Source: Blastocatellia bacterium (GTDB lineage Bacteria; Acidobacteriota; Blastocatellia; UBA7656). Taken from it: a stretch of DNA of 64,000 nucleotides. Of the stretch, positions 33,624 through 44,350 are shown piece after piece. The position numbers and the translations under genes are program-made. How positions within the stretch are numbered: the stretch's first letter is position 1; the number at the start of each line of letters is the position of its first letter. Location: NCBI GenBank assembly GCA_963765495.1, contig CAVXWP010000012.1, positions 149,097-213,096 of the forward strand. The letters are read 5' to 3'. The notes below the pieces were generated by a model, which was not told the DNA's origin, did no database searches, and saw only the letters and a program-made list of their open reading frames with translations.

Positions 33624-34673
33624 ATGATGAGGAAACAAAAAAGCTCGAAATTCCTGACTACCCCCACGCGTCCCGTGCAGATAGACCGTGATCGTTCGGT
33701 CGCAGGACTGCTCACCAAGATGGAAGGCGCGGGCTTTCAAGCCCGCACGCTTGCCGCCGCGCACAACCTCTGGCTGGAGATGCTATCGGACAACGCGACG
33801 ATTTTCATGGGGTTGTCGGGGTCACTGGTCGCTTCCGGGATGCGGCGGCTGATCTCTTATCTGATCAAGAACCACTATGTGGACGCTGTCGTCGCTACGG
33901 GAGCGAATCTCTTCCACGATCTGCACGAAACGCTTGGCCGCTATCATTATCAGGCATCCGAAGAAATGGGCGACGACGAGCTTCAGGATGCACAGGTGGG
34001 GCGCTTCTACGATATACTCGCAAGCGAGCACGAATACCGCGAGGCCGACGAGTGGGTAGGCAATTTCGCCAACACAGTCGACCACTCGCGCCCCTATTCA
34101 ACGCGGGAATTTTTGCATCTGCTCGGACGCGAGCTTGCCGAAATAGCCACCGAAGACGGCATATTGACATCGGCCTACAAGGCCAAGGTTCCGGTATTTT
34201 GCCCGAGCGTTGCTGATTCGGCCATAGCCGTAGGCATAGCCACATCGCGAATCAATCGCAAAAATCCGTTTCAATTCGACATTATTCAGGATGTGGTAGA
34301 GGCTTCACACGTCATCGCGCGCTCGGTCAACACGGCTACGGTGCTCTTTGGCGGCGGCCCTCCCCGAAGCTTTCTTCATCAAACCGAGATAGCGGCCTCG
34401 ATCATCAAGCAATCGATTCGCGGCCACAAGTACGCGCTGCAAATCGGGCTTGATCTGCCCGAAAGCAGCACAACATCGGATCGGAGTTTTGAGGAAGCGC
34501 AGACCTGGGGCCGCGTGGCCAAAGATGCCAACATGGTTTCGGTTCTCTGCGACCCGACCATCGCAATGCCGATACTTGTGACGGCACTGTCACAGACGGG
34601 GACGAAAGCGCTCAAGCAGCGCCGACGCCCTCAATTCAACTTTGGCCGTGACCTCTCGGTCAACTTTTCATAA
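33624..34673 (+). CDS. Deoxyhypusine synthase-like (homospermidine synthase-like) protein with degenerate active site
   Basis: GFQAR, ATGANLFHD, PVFCPSVADS, EAQTWGR; follows speA. Confidence 0.85.
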   Translation: MMRKQKSSKFLTTPTRPVQIDRDRSVAGLLTKMEGAGFQARTLAAAHNLWLEMLSDNATIFMGLSGSLVASGMRRLISYLIKNHYVDAVVATGANLFHDLHETLGRYHYQASEEMGDDELQDAQVGRFYDILASEHEYREADEWVGNFANTVDHSRPYSTREFLHLLGRELAEIATEDGILTSAYKAKVPVFCPSVADSAIAVGIATSRINRKNPFQFDIIQDVVEASHVIARSVNTATVLFGGGPPRSFLHQTEIAASIIKQSIRGHKYALQIGLDLPESSTTSDRSFEEAQTWGRVAKDANMVSVLCDPTIAMPILVTALSQTGTKALKQRRRPQFNFGRDLSVNFS

Positions 34674-34725
34674 GGCACCAGGTGGCAAAAATTTTAGTGG
34701 TTAATTTGTAGGCGAGTTTTGCGCT

Positions 34726-34772
34726 AATAGGTCACAGATGACGCGAATTAGACGCGTCATCTGTGACCTATT
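34726..34772. terminator. Perfect 20-bp inverted repeat, terminator/REP-like
   Basis: aataggtcacagatgacgcg-7nt-cgcgtcatctgtgacctatt. Confidence 0.7.
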
Positions 34773-34937
34773 TCTATTTCACAGCCCAAAAACGACGGGT
34801 CTGCTGCCCGGCACCTCTCGCCTGTGTTAATATCTTAGTCGCGGGCGTTTATCTGGCACTTATCCTTGCGCACAATCGCGGCGGCTTTACTTTCGCGACG
34901 CGCCAGTAAATCAATCTATTACGTGGAGGTTCGAACA

Positions 34938-35636
34938 ATGAAAGCTTTCTTTACATCATTAGTGCTTTTGCTCGTCGTGACGCCGGCCGCGCTCGCTCGT
35001 CAAAATAAAGAACGTGCCGACGAAGTGAAGCGGCTCAATCGCGCTACACAGGTCTTTTCGGAAATCATGCGCACGCCCGATAAGGGCATCCCCGAAGACC
35101 TGCTCGACAAGGCCGAATGCGTTGCCATAGTGCCGGGCTTGAAAAAAGGTGCGCTCGGGTTAGGCGGTCGCTACGGCAAGGGCGTCGTCACCTGCCGACA
35201 GGCAAACAGACGGTGGAGCGCGCCCTCTTTCCTTACGGTTGAAGGCGGCAGCGTGGGGTTTCAAATAGGCTTTGAGCAGGTGGATGTCGTTATGCTCATA
35301 ATGAACCGCACAGGAATGGAAAAACTGGTCGGTGACAAATTCACCGTAGGCGCAGACGCGTCGGCCGCTGCCGGTCCTGTCGGACGCCATACATCGGCCG
35401 GGACAAACATAAGAATGGACGCGCAGATATTGACCTACTCGCGCGCGAAGGGGTTGTTTGCCGGTATTTCGCTTGACGGAGCCGTGGTCAAACAGGATAA
35501 GGACGATAACCGCGATTTCTATGGCAGTGATGTAGATGCGCGGGCGATCCTCTTTGAGGCCAAAGTGCCTATGCCTGCCGAAGGACGCTCGCTCGCCGCT
35601 GCTCTTTCCCGCAACTCGCCTAGAAAGAAAAGATAA
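34938..35636 (+). CDS. YSC84/SYLF lipid-binding domain protein, exported
   Basis: SD GGAGG; GGSVGFQIG, AAAGPVGR, YSRAKGLFAGISLDG. Confidence 0.9.
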   Translation: MKAFFTSLVLLLVVTPAALARQNKERADEVKRLNRATQVFSEIMRTPDKGIPEDLLDKAECVAIVPGLKKGALGLGGRYGKGVVTCRQANRRWSAPSFLTVEGGSVGFQIGFEQVDVVMLIMNRTGMEKLVGDKFTVGADASAAAGPVGRHTSAGTNIRMDAQILTYSRAKGLFAGISLDGAVVKQDKDDNRDFYGSDVDARAILFEAKVPMPAEGRSLAAALSRNSPRKKR

Positions 35637-35657
35637 AATCCGGTGCGCCATCCAAAG

Positions 35658-35693
35658 CGGATCTGAGATTTCAGATTTGAAATCTCAGATCCG
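35658..35693. repeat. Perfect 16-bp palindrome of heptamer (GATTTCA-like) type
   Basis: cggatctgagatttca-gatt-tgaaatctcagatccg. Confidence 0.8.
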
Positions 35694-35837
35694 TGGCCTT
35701 TCTTCACCTGCCTTTCGTTCAAATTAATCTGTAAAAATTAATCTGTAAAAGGATTTGACGCCGATTGCTCGCAGATCAAAAACTGAATAGTTCTGGGGAA
35801 AAAGCCGGATTGGGATACACACAAAGGAAGGATTTGC

Positions 35838-35866
35838 TTGACTTATCGAAGTCAAAGCAGTATTAT
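35838..35866 (+). promoter_or_regulatory. Sigma70-type promoter of the candidate sRNA
   Basis: TTGACT-17 bp-TATTAT. Confidence 0.6.
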
Positions 35867-35869
35867 GCT

Positions 35870-35998
35870 GCGGTGCGCCAGGTCGTCTAATCGACAAGCC
35901 CCCTTGAACATTCAGTAGCCCCCTTTCTGAATGTTCCATACCCCAGCGCACCGCCAAAACAGTACCGCTTTATGGCAGGAACATAAAGCGGTTTTGTT
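35870..35998 (+). ncRNA. Candidate structured small RNA
   Basis: Promoter, three-way-junction fold (GCGGTGCGC/GCGCACCGC; GAACATTCAG/CTGAATGTTC), terminator hairpin 35964-35992 followed by a T-rich tail; no ORF. Confidence 0.55.
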
Positions 35999-36393
35999 CA
36001 CGGGGGTAGTTTGTACCATACCTTTCAACAGGATGCAAGAAAAAAGTTAAAGTAACACTTGAAGAATCTGAAATAATCCCCCTGCCTTTTTGTTAAATCC
36101 TTATTTTACTATAGTTTAAGCCTTAGCAGCACAGATGATTTTTTTTCTGTGACTTAAAGTATTTTCTCATTTTGCACTGGCTAACTGCTAAACGGAAAAG
36201 CGATCAGGGCTGGACGCGGGAGGCGCTACAGAAAGATCGGCTCTGCTCGCCGAAATTCCGTTTCAGCTTTTGAGCCTTTTGATCGGTGTTTGGAGCCAAA
36301 GTGGTTTCTAATTTTCTGTATAATAAGAGTTTAGCGATTTAATCGCCTATAGGTTTAGGAAAGGCCGTTTTTCCTGATAACATAGGGGCGATC

Positions 36394-37146
36394 ATGGTAT
36401 TGACGGATGTAACAGACGAGTTGCTGATGATGTTCGATAGCGCCCGAACCGTGGCTTGTTTGACCGGGGCAGGAATATCGGCTGAAAGCGGAGTGCCTAC
36501 GTTCAGAGGCGGCGGCGGGTCCGAGATATGGACATGGCGTGGCAGACCCGTGACCGAGCTCTCATCGGCTGAATTAATCGCGACCGACCCACGTCTGGTC
36601 TGGGAGTGGTTTGATTACCGGCGCGGGTTACTTAGCGATGTGACGCCAAATCCGGGTCATTTTGCGCTTGCCCAGTGGGAGCGGCGATTTGATGAATTCA
36701 CGCTAATTACTCAAAACATTGATGATCTTCATAGAGAAGCCGGGAGTCTAAATCTGCTTGAGCTTCACGGCAACATCTGGCGCGCGCGCTGCCTGCGCTG
36801 TTCAAGCGTATTCGAGGCGAGGGAGTGTCCGCTTGAGCAGAACCCGCCGCTCTGCCTTGCCTGTGGTGGACCTGCCCGGCCCGATGTGGTGCTGTTTGGC
36901 GAATTGTTGCCCTCGGGTGTATTTGAGCGCGCGGAGGAAGCCGCCTACAACGCGGACATCTTTTTTGTCATAGGCACATCCGCCGTGGTCTATCCGGCGG
37001 CAGGGCTTCCGATTGCCGCGAAGCAGGCCGGAGCGCGAGTGATCGAAGTCAACCCGGAGCTTACCGATATATCAGTGCTCGCGGATGTGAGTTTACTGGG
37101 TAAAGCCGGCGAGATATTGCCACGATTCATAAAGGAGCGAGGGTGA
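36394..37146 (+). CDS. cobB: NAD-dependent protein deacylase (sirtuin)
   Basis: GAGISAESGVPTFRG, TQNIDDLH, HG, two CxxC, GTSAVVYPAA. Confidence 0.93.
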   Translation: MVLTDVTDELLMMFDSARTVACLTGAGISAESGVPTFRGGGGSEIWTWRGRPVTELSSAELIATDPRLVWEWFDYRRGLLSDVTPNPGHFALAQWERRFDEFTLITQNIDDLHREAGSLNLLELHGNIWRARCLRCSSVFEARECPLEQNPPLCLACGGPARPDVVLFGELLPSGVFERAEEAAYNADIFFVIGTSAVVYPAAGLPIAAKQAGARVIEVNPELTDISVLADVSLLGKAGEILPRFIKERG

Positions 37147-38366
37147 TGCGCGCGCTTTATTTCGACTGCTATGCGGGCATAAGCGGCGATATGATAATCG
37201 GCGCTCTCATTGATCTGGGCGTAAGGCTTGAACTGATTGCGGATCAATTATTATCGCTCGGCCTCGAAGGATACCGGATCAAAGCCGACAAAGTGATGCG
37301 CAGCCAGATTGCCGCAACGAAATTCGGTGTTGAGATTGATGACAGGGCTCAGCCTGCGCGCCATCTCGACGACATCATAAGCATCATCGATGGTTCGCGT
37401 CTGAGCCATACGGTCAAATCTCTTTCAAAGCGAGTCTTCGAGCGATTGGCCGAAGCCGAAGCGCGTGTGCACGGCACTACCTCGGAGCGAGTTCATTTTC
37501 ACGAGGTAGGGGCGGTAGATTCGATCATTGATATAGTCGGGGCGATGATTGGATTTGAAGAGTTGGGAATAGAAGTCTATTACTCATCTCGGCTGAGAGT
37601 AGGTCGCGGCTCGATTGAGGCGGCGCACGGGCTTTTACCCGTTCCGGCTCCGGGTACGGCCGAGCTTCTTCGCGGAGTCCCCATTTATGCGGGCGCGCTC
37701 GAAGGCGAGTTTGTCACGCCAACGGGCGCGGCGATTGTGACAACCCTTTGCGAACATTTCATACCAATCCCTCAAATGAAACTGGATCGAACAGGCTACG
37801 GCGCAGGCGCTCGCGACCCGGAAGGGTTTCCGAATACGTTGCGATTGATCCTGGGAGAGACGGAGCAAGAGCAGGCAGTGGCGAGCGCAGAACACGTATT
37901 AGTAATCGAAACCAACATTGATGATATGAATCCACAGGTCTACGGATTTGTGATGGACCGCGCCTTTCAGATGGGCGCACTCGATGTTTTCATAACACCT
38001 GTTCAGATGAAAAAGAACCGGCCCGGCGCTATGTTGACCGTCATCTGTGAAGCGCAATATCTCGACTCTTTAACAGAGATGCTGCTTGCCGAGACCACGA
38101 CTCTTGGTGTGCGGTATTACGAAGCGAAACGCCGCGTGCTTGCTCGTGCAATCGAGACGGTAGAGACTCCCTACGGACGGGTGCGGATTAAAGTGGCGCG
38201 GGCGGGCATTCGCACGTTACACTTTCATCCTGAGTATGAAGATTGCCTGCGACTGGTTGAGCAGGCGCGTGTGCCGCTGCTTGAAATCCAATCGGCCGCC
38301 ATCGCCGCCTACCGAGACAGGCTGGACGCGAATCAGGAAAAGAACGAAACGGATGGAAAGCACTAA
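37146..38366 (+). CDS. larC: Nickel pincer cofactor biosynthesis protein LarC
   Basis: [44 protein letters not shown]. Confidence 0.92.
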   Translation: MRALYFDCYAGISGDMIIGALIDLGVRLELIADQLLSLGLEGYRIKADKVMRSQIAATKFGVEIDDRAQPARHLDDIISIIDGSRLSHTVKSLSKRVFERLAEAEARVHGTTSERVHFHEVGAVDSIIDIVGAMIGFEELGIEVYYSSRLRVGRGSIEAAHGLLPVPAPGTAELLRGVPIYAGALEGEFVTPTGAAIVTTLCEHFIPIPQMKLDRTGYGAGARDPEGFPNTLRLILGETEQEQAVASAEHVLVIETNIDDMNPQVYGFVMDRAFQMGALDVFITPVQMKKNRPGAMLTVICEAQYLDSLTEMLLAETTTLGVRYYEAKRRVLARAIETVETPYGRVRIKVARAGIRTLHFHPEYEDCLRLVEQARVPLLEIQSAAIAAYRDRLDANQEKNETDGKH

Positions 38367-38973
38367 AAAGACAAAGATAAAAGATGGACAAAAGCCTGCC
38401 ACTTCGGTTGATCTGGAAAAGATCGAAGCCGGTATCAGGCTGATACTGGAAGGCATAGGCGAAGACCCTGATCGGCCGGGACTTGAAGGCACTCCGCGTC
38501 GAGTTGCGCTCATGTATAAAGAGATTTGCGCCGGGCTGCACGAAGATGCGCGCAAGCTTCTTCAGGTCATACCGGCTGAGACTCACGACGAAATGGTTAT
38601 CGTCAAAGACATTCCTATTTACAGCCTGTGTGAACATCACCTCACACCGTTCAGCGGAGTGGCACACATCGCCTACATTCCCAAACAGGGCAGAATCGTG
38701 GGCTTATCCAAACTCGCCCGCGTGGCCGACCTGATGGCCAAGAAGCCGCAGATTCAGGAGCGACTCACTACGGAAATCGCCGACCTGCTTTTTGAAGAAC
38801 TGGGCGCGACCGGCGTGATGGTCGTAATCGAGGCCGAGCACATGTGCATGGAGATGCGCGGAATAAAGAAGCCCGGAGCAAGAACGATCACAAGCGCGCT
38901 CCGTGGAGGGTTCCTGAAAGACCCGCGCACCCGCGCCGAAGCGATGTCGCTCATAGGCCGCCGCGACAGGTAA
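38353..38973 (+). CDS. folE: GTP cyclohydrolase I
   Basis: [30 protein letters not shown]. Confidence 0.96.
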   Translation: MESTKKTKIKDGQKPATSVDLEKIEAGIRLILEGIGEDPDRPGLEGTPRRVALMYKEICAGLHEDARKLLQVIPAETHDEMVIVKDIPIYSLCEHHLTPFSGVAHIAYIPKQGRIVGLSKLARVADLMAKKPQIQERLTTEIADLLFEELGATGVMVVIEAEHMCMEMRGIKKPGARTITSALRGGFLKDPRTRAEAMSLIGRRDR

Positions 38974-39030
38974 TCCAATAAAATCGAGTTGGTATATCTT
39001 TCCAACCTTCAGTCAGGGAATAGAATCGCT

Positions 39031-41094
39031 ATGGCAGAAACCTTTTACGTCACTACACCGATTTATTACGTCAACCGCGAGCCGCATCTGGGCCACGCCT
39101 ACACTACGCTCGTTGCCGATTCGCTCACGCGGTTCAAGAGGCAACGCGGTATTAATTCTTTCTTTTTGACCGGGACCGATGAGCACGGCGTAAACATCGA
39201 GCGCGCAGCAGCCGCCCGAAATATCCCTATCGCTCAGCACGTAGACGAAATCGTGAGCCGTTACAAGGCGGCCTTTGCTTCGCTCGGCGTCGAGTATGAT
39301 CGATGGATACGCACCACCGATTCGTTTCACGAAGAGGCCGTGCAGCGGCTCTGGCAGATACTTGCCGAGCGCGGTTACATCTACAAGGGAGAATATGAAG
39401 GATGGTTTTGCGGATACTGCAACGAGTTCAAAGATGTTGACGTTGATGACAACCATCCGGTCTGCCCCGTACACGAGCGTCCGCTCGACCGCGTTTCGGA
39501 AGAGAGTTATTTCTTCAAGCTCTCTGAGTTTCAAAAGCCTCTGCTTGAACTCTACGAATCACGCCCGGATTTTGTGCAGCCGGATGCGCGCCGCAATGAA
39601 GTTATCTCTTTCGTTTCGGGCGGGCTCAAGGATTTGTCGGTCAGCCGCGCCTCGGTCAAGTGGGGCGTGCAGGTTCCAGATGATCCCGGCCACACTGTTT
39701 ATGTCTGGCTCGATGCGCTGACGAATTACATCACGGCGCTCGGCTGGGGCAATGACGAATATAAAGATTTCGACCGCTACTGGCCCGCGCTTCATCTGGT
39801 GGGCAAAGACATTCTGAGATTTCACGCCGTCTACTGGCCCGCGTTTTTGATAGCCGCTGGCATAGAGGTTCCGCGTCAGGTATTTGCACACGGGATGTTG
39901 TTATCGGGCGGGCGCAAGATGTCCAAGACGCTTGGGAACACCATAGAACTTCCGTTGCTTCAAAAGCATTTCACGCCTGATATGATCCGCTATTTCCTGC
40001 TGCGTGAAATCTCTTTCGGTCAGGATGGAGATGTCACATACGAGGCGTTGATTGATCGAATCAATGCCGATCTTGCGGACGGGCTTGGAAATCTCGCAAG
40101 TCGGACTCTCACGATGGTGCGAAATTATTTCGAAGGACGAGCGCCTCGTCCCGCTGCCGAAAGCGATGCGGAGGACGCGGACGAAGTGCGTCACGCCATT
40201 GATCAGGCCGGAGCGAAATTCAATCAAGAGTTTGGTGTGATGAATTTCGCCCGCGCGCTTGAATCGGTGTGGGCAGGCATATCGCGGCTGGACAAATTCA
40301 TCACCGATAATCAGCCGTGGAAACTTGCCAAGGATGAATCGGCGCGCAACCGTCTTGAAAGCGTGCTTGCGACTGCTTACGAAGGGCTGCGCCATCTGGT
40401 GCTGTTTGCCGCGCCTGCGCTCCCGGAAAGCGCTCGCGAGATATGGAAGCAGATGGGGCTTTCCGGTGATCCGCTTCTCATCAACCCGAACGAAACGACG
40501 TGGGGCGAGCCGTTAGACCAGGCTGTGATTGATAAGATCAGTCCCGTATTCCCGAAACTCAACAAGGAGAAGATAATGTCGGAGATCGAAAAAGAGAGAG
40601 AGCAGCCGGCTGAACAATCCGCGCCTGAGCAGGTTGCGCCCGAATCGGCTGCCTCCGAACAGACCGGGACCAAAGTTGAAGAAGCAAAGGCTGAAGAGGC
40701 AAAGGCTGAAGAGGCAAAGGCGACCCCGGGAGCCACGCAGGCCGTCCCTGCTGCCGCGACTGAAAAGATAGCGATTGATGATTTTGCAAAAGTTGAGCTT
40801 CGCGCTGCCACCGTGCTTGAAGCCGAGCGCATACCGAAGGCTGACCGCTTGCTGCGATTGGTTGTAGACGTGGGCGAAGCCGAACCTAGACAGATACTCG
40901 CGGGCATCGCTCAGCACTACTCGCCCGAAGAGGTCGTAGGCCGCAAGATCATAATCGTAGCTAATCTGGCCCCGCGAAAGATGCGAGGACTTGAATCGAA
41001 TGGAATGCTGCTGGCCGCATCAATCGGCGAAGAGGGGCGGCCCGTGCTTGCCACCTTTGGCGAAGACGTGCCAAACGGCGCGCGGCTCAAATAA
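39031..41094 (+). CDS. metG: Methionine--tRNA ligase with C-terminal tRNA-binding domain
   Basis: TTPIYYVN, HLGH, KMSKT; EEAKA x3 linker; C-terminal OB fold. Confidence 0.97.
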   Translation: MAETFYVTTPIYYVNREPHLGHAYTTLVADSLTRFKRQRGINSFFLTGTDEHGVNIERAAAARNIPIAQHVDEIVSRYKAAFASLGVEYDRWIRTTDSFHEEAVQRLWQILAERGYIYKGEYEGWFCGYCNEFKDVDVDDNHPVCPVHERPLDRVSEESYFFKLSEFQKPLLELYESRPDFVQPDARRNEVISFVSGGLKDLSVSRASVKWGVQVPDDPGHTVYVWLDALTNYITALGWGNDEYKDFDRYWPALHLVGKDILRFHAVYWPAFLIAAGIEVPRQVFAHGMLLSGGRKMSKTLGNTIELPLLQKHFTPDMIRYFLLREISFGQDGDVTYEALIDRINADLADGLGNLASRTLTMVRNYFEGRAPRPAAESDAEDADEVRHAIDQAGAKFNQEFGVMNFARALESVWAGISRLDKFITDNQPWKLAKDESARNRLESVLATAYEGLRHLVLFAAPALPESAREIWKQMGLSGDPLLINPNETTWGEPLDQAVIDKISPVFPKLNKEKIMSEIEKEREQPAEQSAPEQVAPESAASEQTGTKVEEAKAEEAKAEEAKATPGATQAVPAAATEKIAIDDFAKVELRAATVLEAERIPKADRLLRLVVDVGEAEPRQILAGIAQHYSPEEVVGRKIIIVANLAPRKMRGLESNGMLLAASIGEEGRPVLATFGEDVPNGARLK

Positions 41095-41649
41095 CTTTTC
41101 CTCTTACCCTAACAGAAGTCGCACCAATGTTCAGGACGGGATTTGCATATTCCCGTCCTCTTCATTAGAGTTTGATGATGTGGCTTGCGATGAGCTTTGT
41201 GTAAATCCAATCCATTTCAGTCTGTCGTATATCAGTGTCGGTGGAGCGATCTGTTTGGTTTGGGGGCTTTCCGCCGACAATCGACAATCTTGCAGCTCGG
41301 AGATGCAGAGACAAATAAGCAATCGGGGTCTGAGAAATTGCTCCGAAAGGTCTGTTTTAAGAAAAACCCGTCTTCTTCAGAGGAGACAACATTTGATCGC
41401 GCACGGGGAGTTGTTGTTATTTGTCTGTGAAGAAGCCGGGTTGTGAATCTCCGTCCAGGAGCGACTGCAAACAATTGTGTTGATCTTTCGTCTATATACC
41501 TGAGAACATTTGATCTCATCATGAGAAATCAAACAGCAGATGACTGAGAACCTGCATACTTCCGTAGAGTAGCCAACGGCTCGCAATCCCGCTTTTGGCC
41601 ATTCACAGACTTACGAATGTGTTCGCAATACGAAAAAAGGAGAAAACAT

Positions 41650-42858
41650 ATGATTCGCTCAAGCAGTAAGAGGATCGCAATGGCAGCCCTTGTTTTGACC
41701 CTGGCCTTTGCGATTTTGCTGACCCCCGCTCCGCCCATCAATGCCTCCGATCACGGTGACGCGCCGATCAATTCTAACGATCAGGCCATTGATCAGGGTG
41801 ACACCTATGCTTTCCTCGATCCGAATGATAATTCAAAGCTGGTTATTATGCTGACCGTGCGTGGCTTTATCGTTCCCGGCGAGGCCGTCAACTTTGCCTT
41901 CTTCGACCACCTGGTCAGTTACAGGTTCCGCCTGGAGACGAACGGCGATGCCAACCCGGATGAAATTATTTCCATTCGCTTCTCGGAACGAACCTCTACG
42001 AGTGTGCCGCAAACAGCGACAGTAATATTGCCGAATGGTCAGACCTTTACGGCCCCGACCACGCTGCCTACTCTCTCGGGCACTCCCAATCCGCCTACGG
42101 TAACGACCGATTCCAGTTCAGGAGTCTCTTTCTTTGCGGGCGAAGTGGATGATCCATTCTTCTTCGATATCCCGGCCTTTTCGCGTTTCCGCTCATCGGT
42201 GCTTGCCGGTACGCCGGATGCCTCGCAGCTTAGTCGCGGGCGCGACTCTTTTGCGGGCTATAATATTCTGGCGATTGCGCTCAGCATCCCCGTATCTAAT
42301 TTCAGCCTGAATGGAAAAGATCAGATCGGCGTTTATTCCGAAACCCGCCGCCAGAGAAAGATAACGATAAACAATGACGGCACGATCACCGGCTCGGGAG
42401 AATTCAGAACCCTTGATCGTAGCGGGATTCCGGGGATCAATGCCCTGATCATTCCGTTTGCCCGCAAGAACGAATACAACGCCTCGACGCCTGTTGATGA
42501 TGCCAGAGGCAAGTTCGCAGCCGACATCATCGCCACGTTCAAGGCGCTCGGGACGAACGACGAGAACATAGCGATTCTCGCAAGCGTAGCCGTGCTCAAC
42601 GGCGATTATCTCCGCGTCAATCTCGGTGTTGCAAACACAGGCTCGGGCGGAGGCACAAACGCGGGCGCGGGCTTCCCGAACGGACGCCGTCTGGCCGACG
42701 ATGTGATTGACGCGTTTCTCACCTTCGTCGCCAACCAGACTCCGCTCGGCGATAATGTCGATTCAAACGACGTAGCTTTCCGCGATACTTTCCCGTTCCT
42801 GGCCCCGCCGCAACAGCCACGCACGGCAGGAACTACGGACGACAACACGCGCAACTAG
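41650..42858 (+). CDS. DUF4331-family exported protein
   Basis: Signal peptide, ASDHGDAP, DDPFFFD, GFPNGRRLADDVID, TFPFLAPP. Confidence 0.85.
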   Translation: MIRSSSKRIAMAALVLTLAFAILLTPAPPINASDHGDAPINSNDQAIDQGDTYAFLDPNDNSKLVIMLTVRGFIVPGEAVNFAFFDHLVSYRFRLETNGDANPDEIISIRFSERTSTSVPQTATVILPNGQTFTAPTTLPTLSGTPNPPTVTTDSSSGVSFFAGEVDDPFFFDIPAFSRFRSSVLAGTPDASQLSRGRDSFAGYNILAIALSIPVSNFSLNGKDQIGVYSETRRQRKITINNDGTITGSGEFRTLDRSGIPGINALIIPFARKNEYNASTPVDDARGKFAADIIATFKALGTNDENIAILASVAVLNGDYLRVNLGVANTGSGGGTNAGAGFPNGRRLADDVIDAFLTFVANQTPLGDNVDSNDVAFRDTFPFLAPPQQPRTAGTTDDNTRN

Positions 42859-42943
42859 CTGAGACGTAGCTAAGTGTCGCGCTTCTCCCGCGCTGAGGCG
42901 TCCGGGCCTCGGCGCGGCTCACAAAAGAACACGGGGAAATGGG

Positions 42944-44296
42944 ATGTACAACTCGGAAGCACAGCGGCCATATCCGATTGTGGCCGCGCTTTTATCTCTG
43001 ATCGTTTTTTCTTTGACCACGAGCGGTTGCGGCGGATGGTGGAACACCTCCTCATCTACGCACGCGCCGCCCGTGCCCGAGGCCCAGCCGATTCCATCCG
43101 AAGAAGAGTCCACAAAGATCGCGATCAACTATCTCGAAGATAAGATCAAACGCGACCCGGAAGATTACATCGCTTATAACAAGCTTGCCGGATATTATCT
43201 CGGGTTTCTGCGCGAGACAGGCAATCTGAATTATTTGGAACTGGCGTCTCGTGCGGCTCACAAATCGCTCGATGTCTTGCCTGCCGAGCAAAACGGCGGC
43301 GGGCTTGCCGCGCTCGCGCAGGTCGAATTTGCAAGCCACGATTTCGCCGATACACGCGATCACGCGCAGTTGCTGGCCCGCCTGGATGACCGTAAGAGCT
43401 ATCCATTCGGGATGCTCGGCGATGCCTACGTAGAACTGGGCGAATATGACAGGGCAGCCGAAGCCTTTCGGCAGATGGAAGAGCGCAGCGGCGGCTTCGA
43501 TACTCAGACGCGGCAGGCGCGGCTGGCCCTCTTGAACGGCGAGGTCGAGATTGCTCAGAAGAAATTTGCGCTGGCTCTATCGCTGCTTTTGAATGAAGTG
43601 GTATCCCCGCGCGAAGCCGTAGCGTGGTGCAGGTGGCAACTTGGCGAGGCGGCCTTTTCCATAGGCGATTACGAGACCGCAGAAAAACATTATCGCGATG
43701 CGCTGACCACGTTTCCCGATTACTATCGCGCGCTGGCCTCACTCGGGCGAGTACGGGCCGCGCGAGGCGATCTGGCCGAAGCCATACAGCTCTATGAGCA
43801 TGTCACCCGCATCCTTCCCGACCCGACATTTGTGGCCGCGCTTGGCGATCTTTACAAACTCGCGGGCAGAGAGAAAGAGTCGGACGCCCAGTATGCGCTG
43901 GTCGAACAGATAGGTCATCTCAGCGCGTTAAACGGCGCGCTATATAATCGGCAACTCGCGCTCTTTTATGCCGACCACGATATGAAAGCCGAAGAGGCTT
44001 ATCAAAATGCCTTGCGAGAATTTGAAGCCCGCAAAGATATTTATGGGTCGGATGCCGTGGCGTGGACCGCTCTGAAGGCAGGGAAGCTGAGCGAGGCTGA
44101 GGCGGCTATAAAAGAGGCTATGAGGCTTGGCACACGAGATGCCCGGTTGCTGTATCACGCCGGTATGATAGCCCGCGCGGCAGGCGACAAACAATCGGCC
44201 CGCGACTATCTGAAGCGGGCGCTCGCGCTCAACCCGGTCTTCGATCCATTGCAGGCCTCAGTTGCCGGACACGCGCTCGAAGAGATGGGTAATTGA
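42944..44296 (+). CDS. TPR-repeat lipoprotein
   Basis: Lipobox-like TTSGC; multiple TPR-like helical repeats. Confidence 0.85.
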   Translation: MYNSEAQRPYPIVAALLSLIVFSLTTSGCGGWWNTSSSTHAPPVPEAQPIPSEEESTKIAINYLEDKIKRDPEDYIAYNKLAGYYLGFLRETGNLNYLELASRAAHKSLDVLPAEQNGGGLAALAQVEFASHDFADTRDHAQLLARLDDRKSYPFGMLGDAYVELGEYDRAAEAFRQMEERSGGFDTQTRQARLALLNGEVEIAQKKFALALSLLLNEVVSPREAVAWCRWQLGEAAFSIGDYETAEKHYRDALTTFPDYYRALASLGRVRAARGDLAEAIQLYEHVTRILPDPTFVAALGDLYKLAGREKESDAQYALVEQIGHLSALNGALYNRQLALFYADHDMKAEEAYQNALREFEARKDIYGSDAVAWTALKAGKLSEAEAAIKEAMRLGTRDARLLYHAGMIARAAGDKQSARDYLKRALALNPVFDPLQASVAGHALEEMGN

Positions 44297-44350
44297 CAAA
44301 GCGGCTCGCGACAGCCCGCGCTAATTTGCAGCCATTGCTAGGGGAGTATT

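Noticed and set aside
35872-35956. A tRNA gene
   Set aside because: It has an acceptor-like stem and CCA but no pairing T-arm or anticodon arm; kept only as a candidate sRNA.
40678-40722. 15-bp tandem repeat in metG
   Set aside because: In-frame EEAKA x3 in a flexible linker; common and of little significance.
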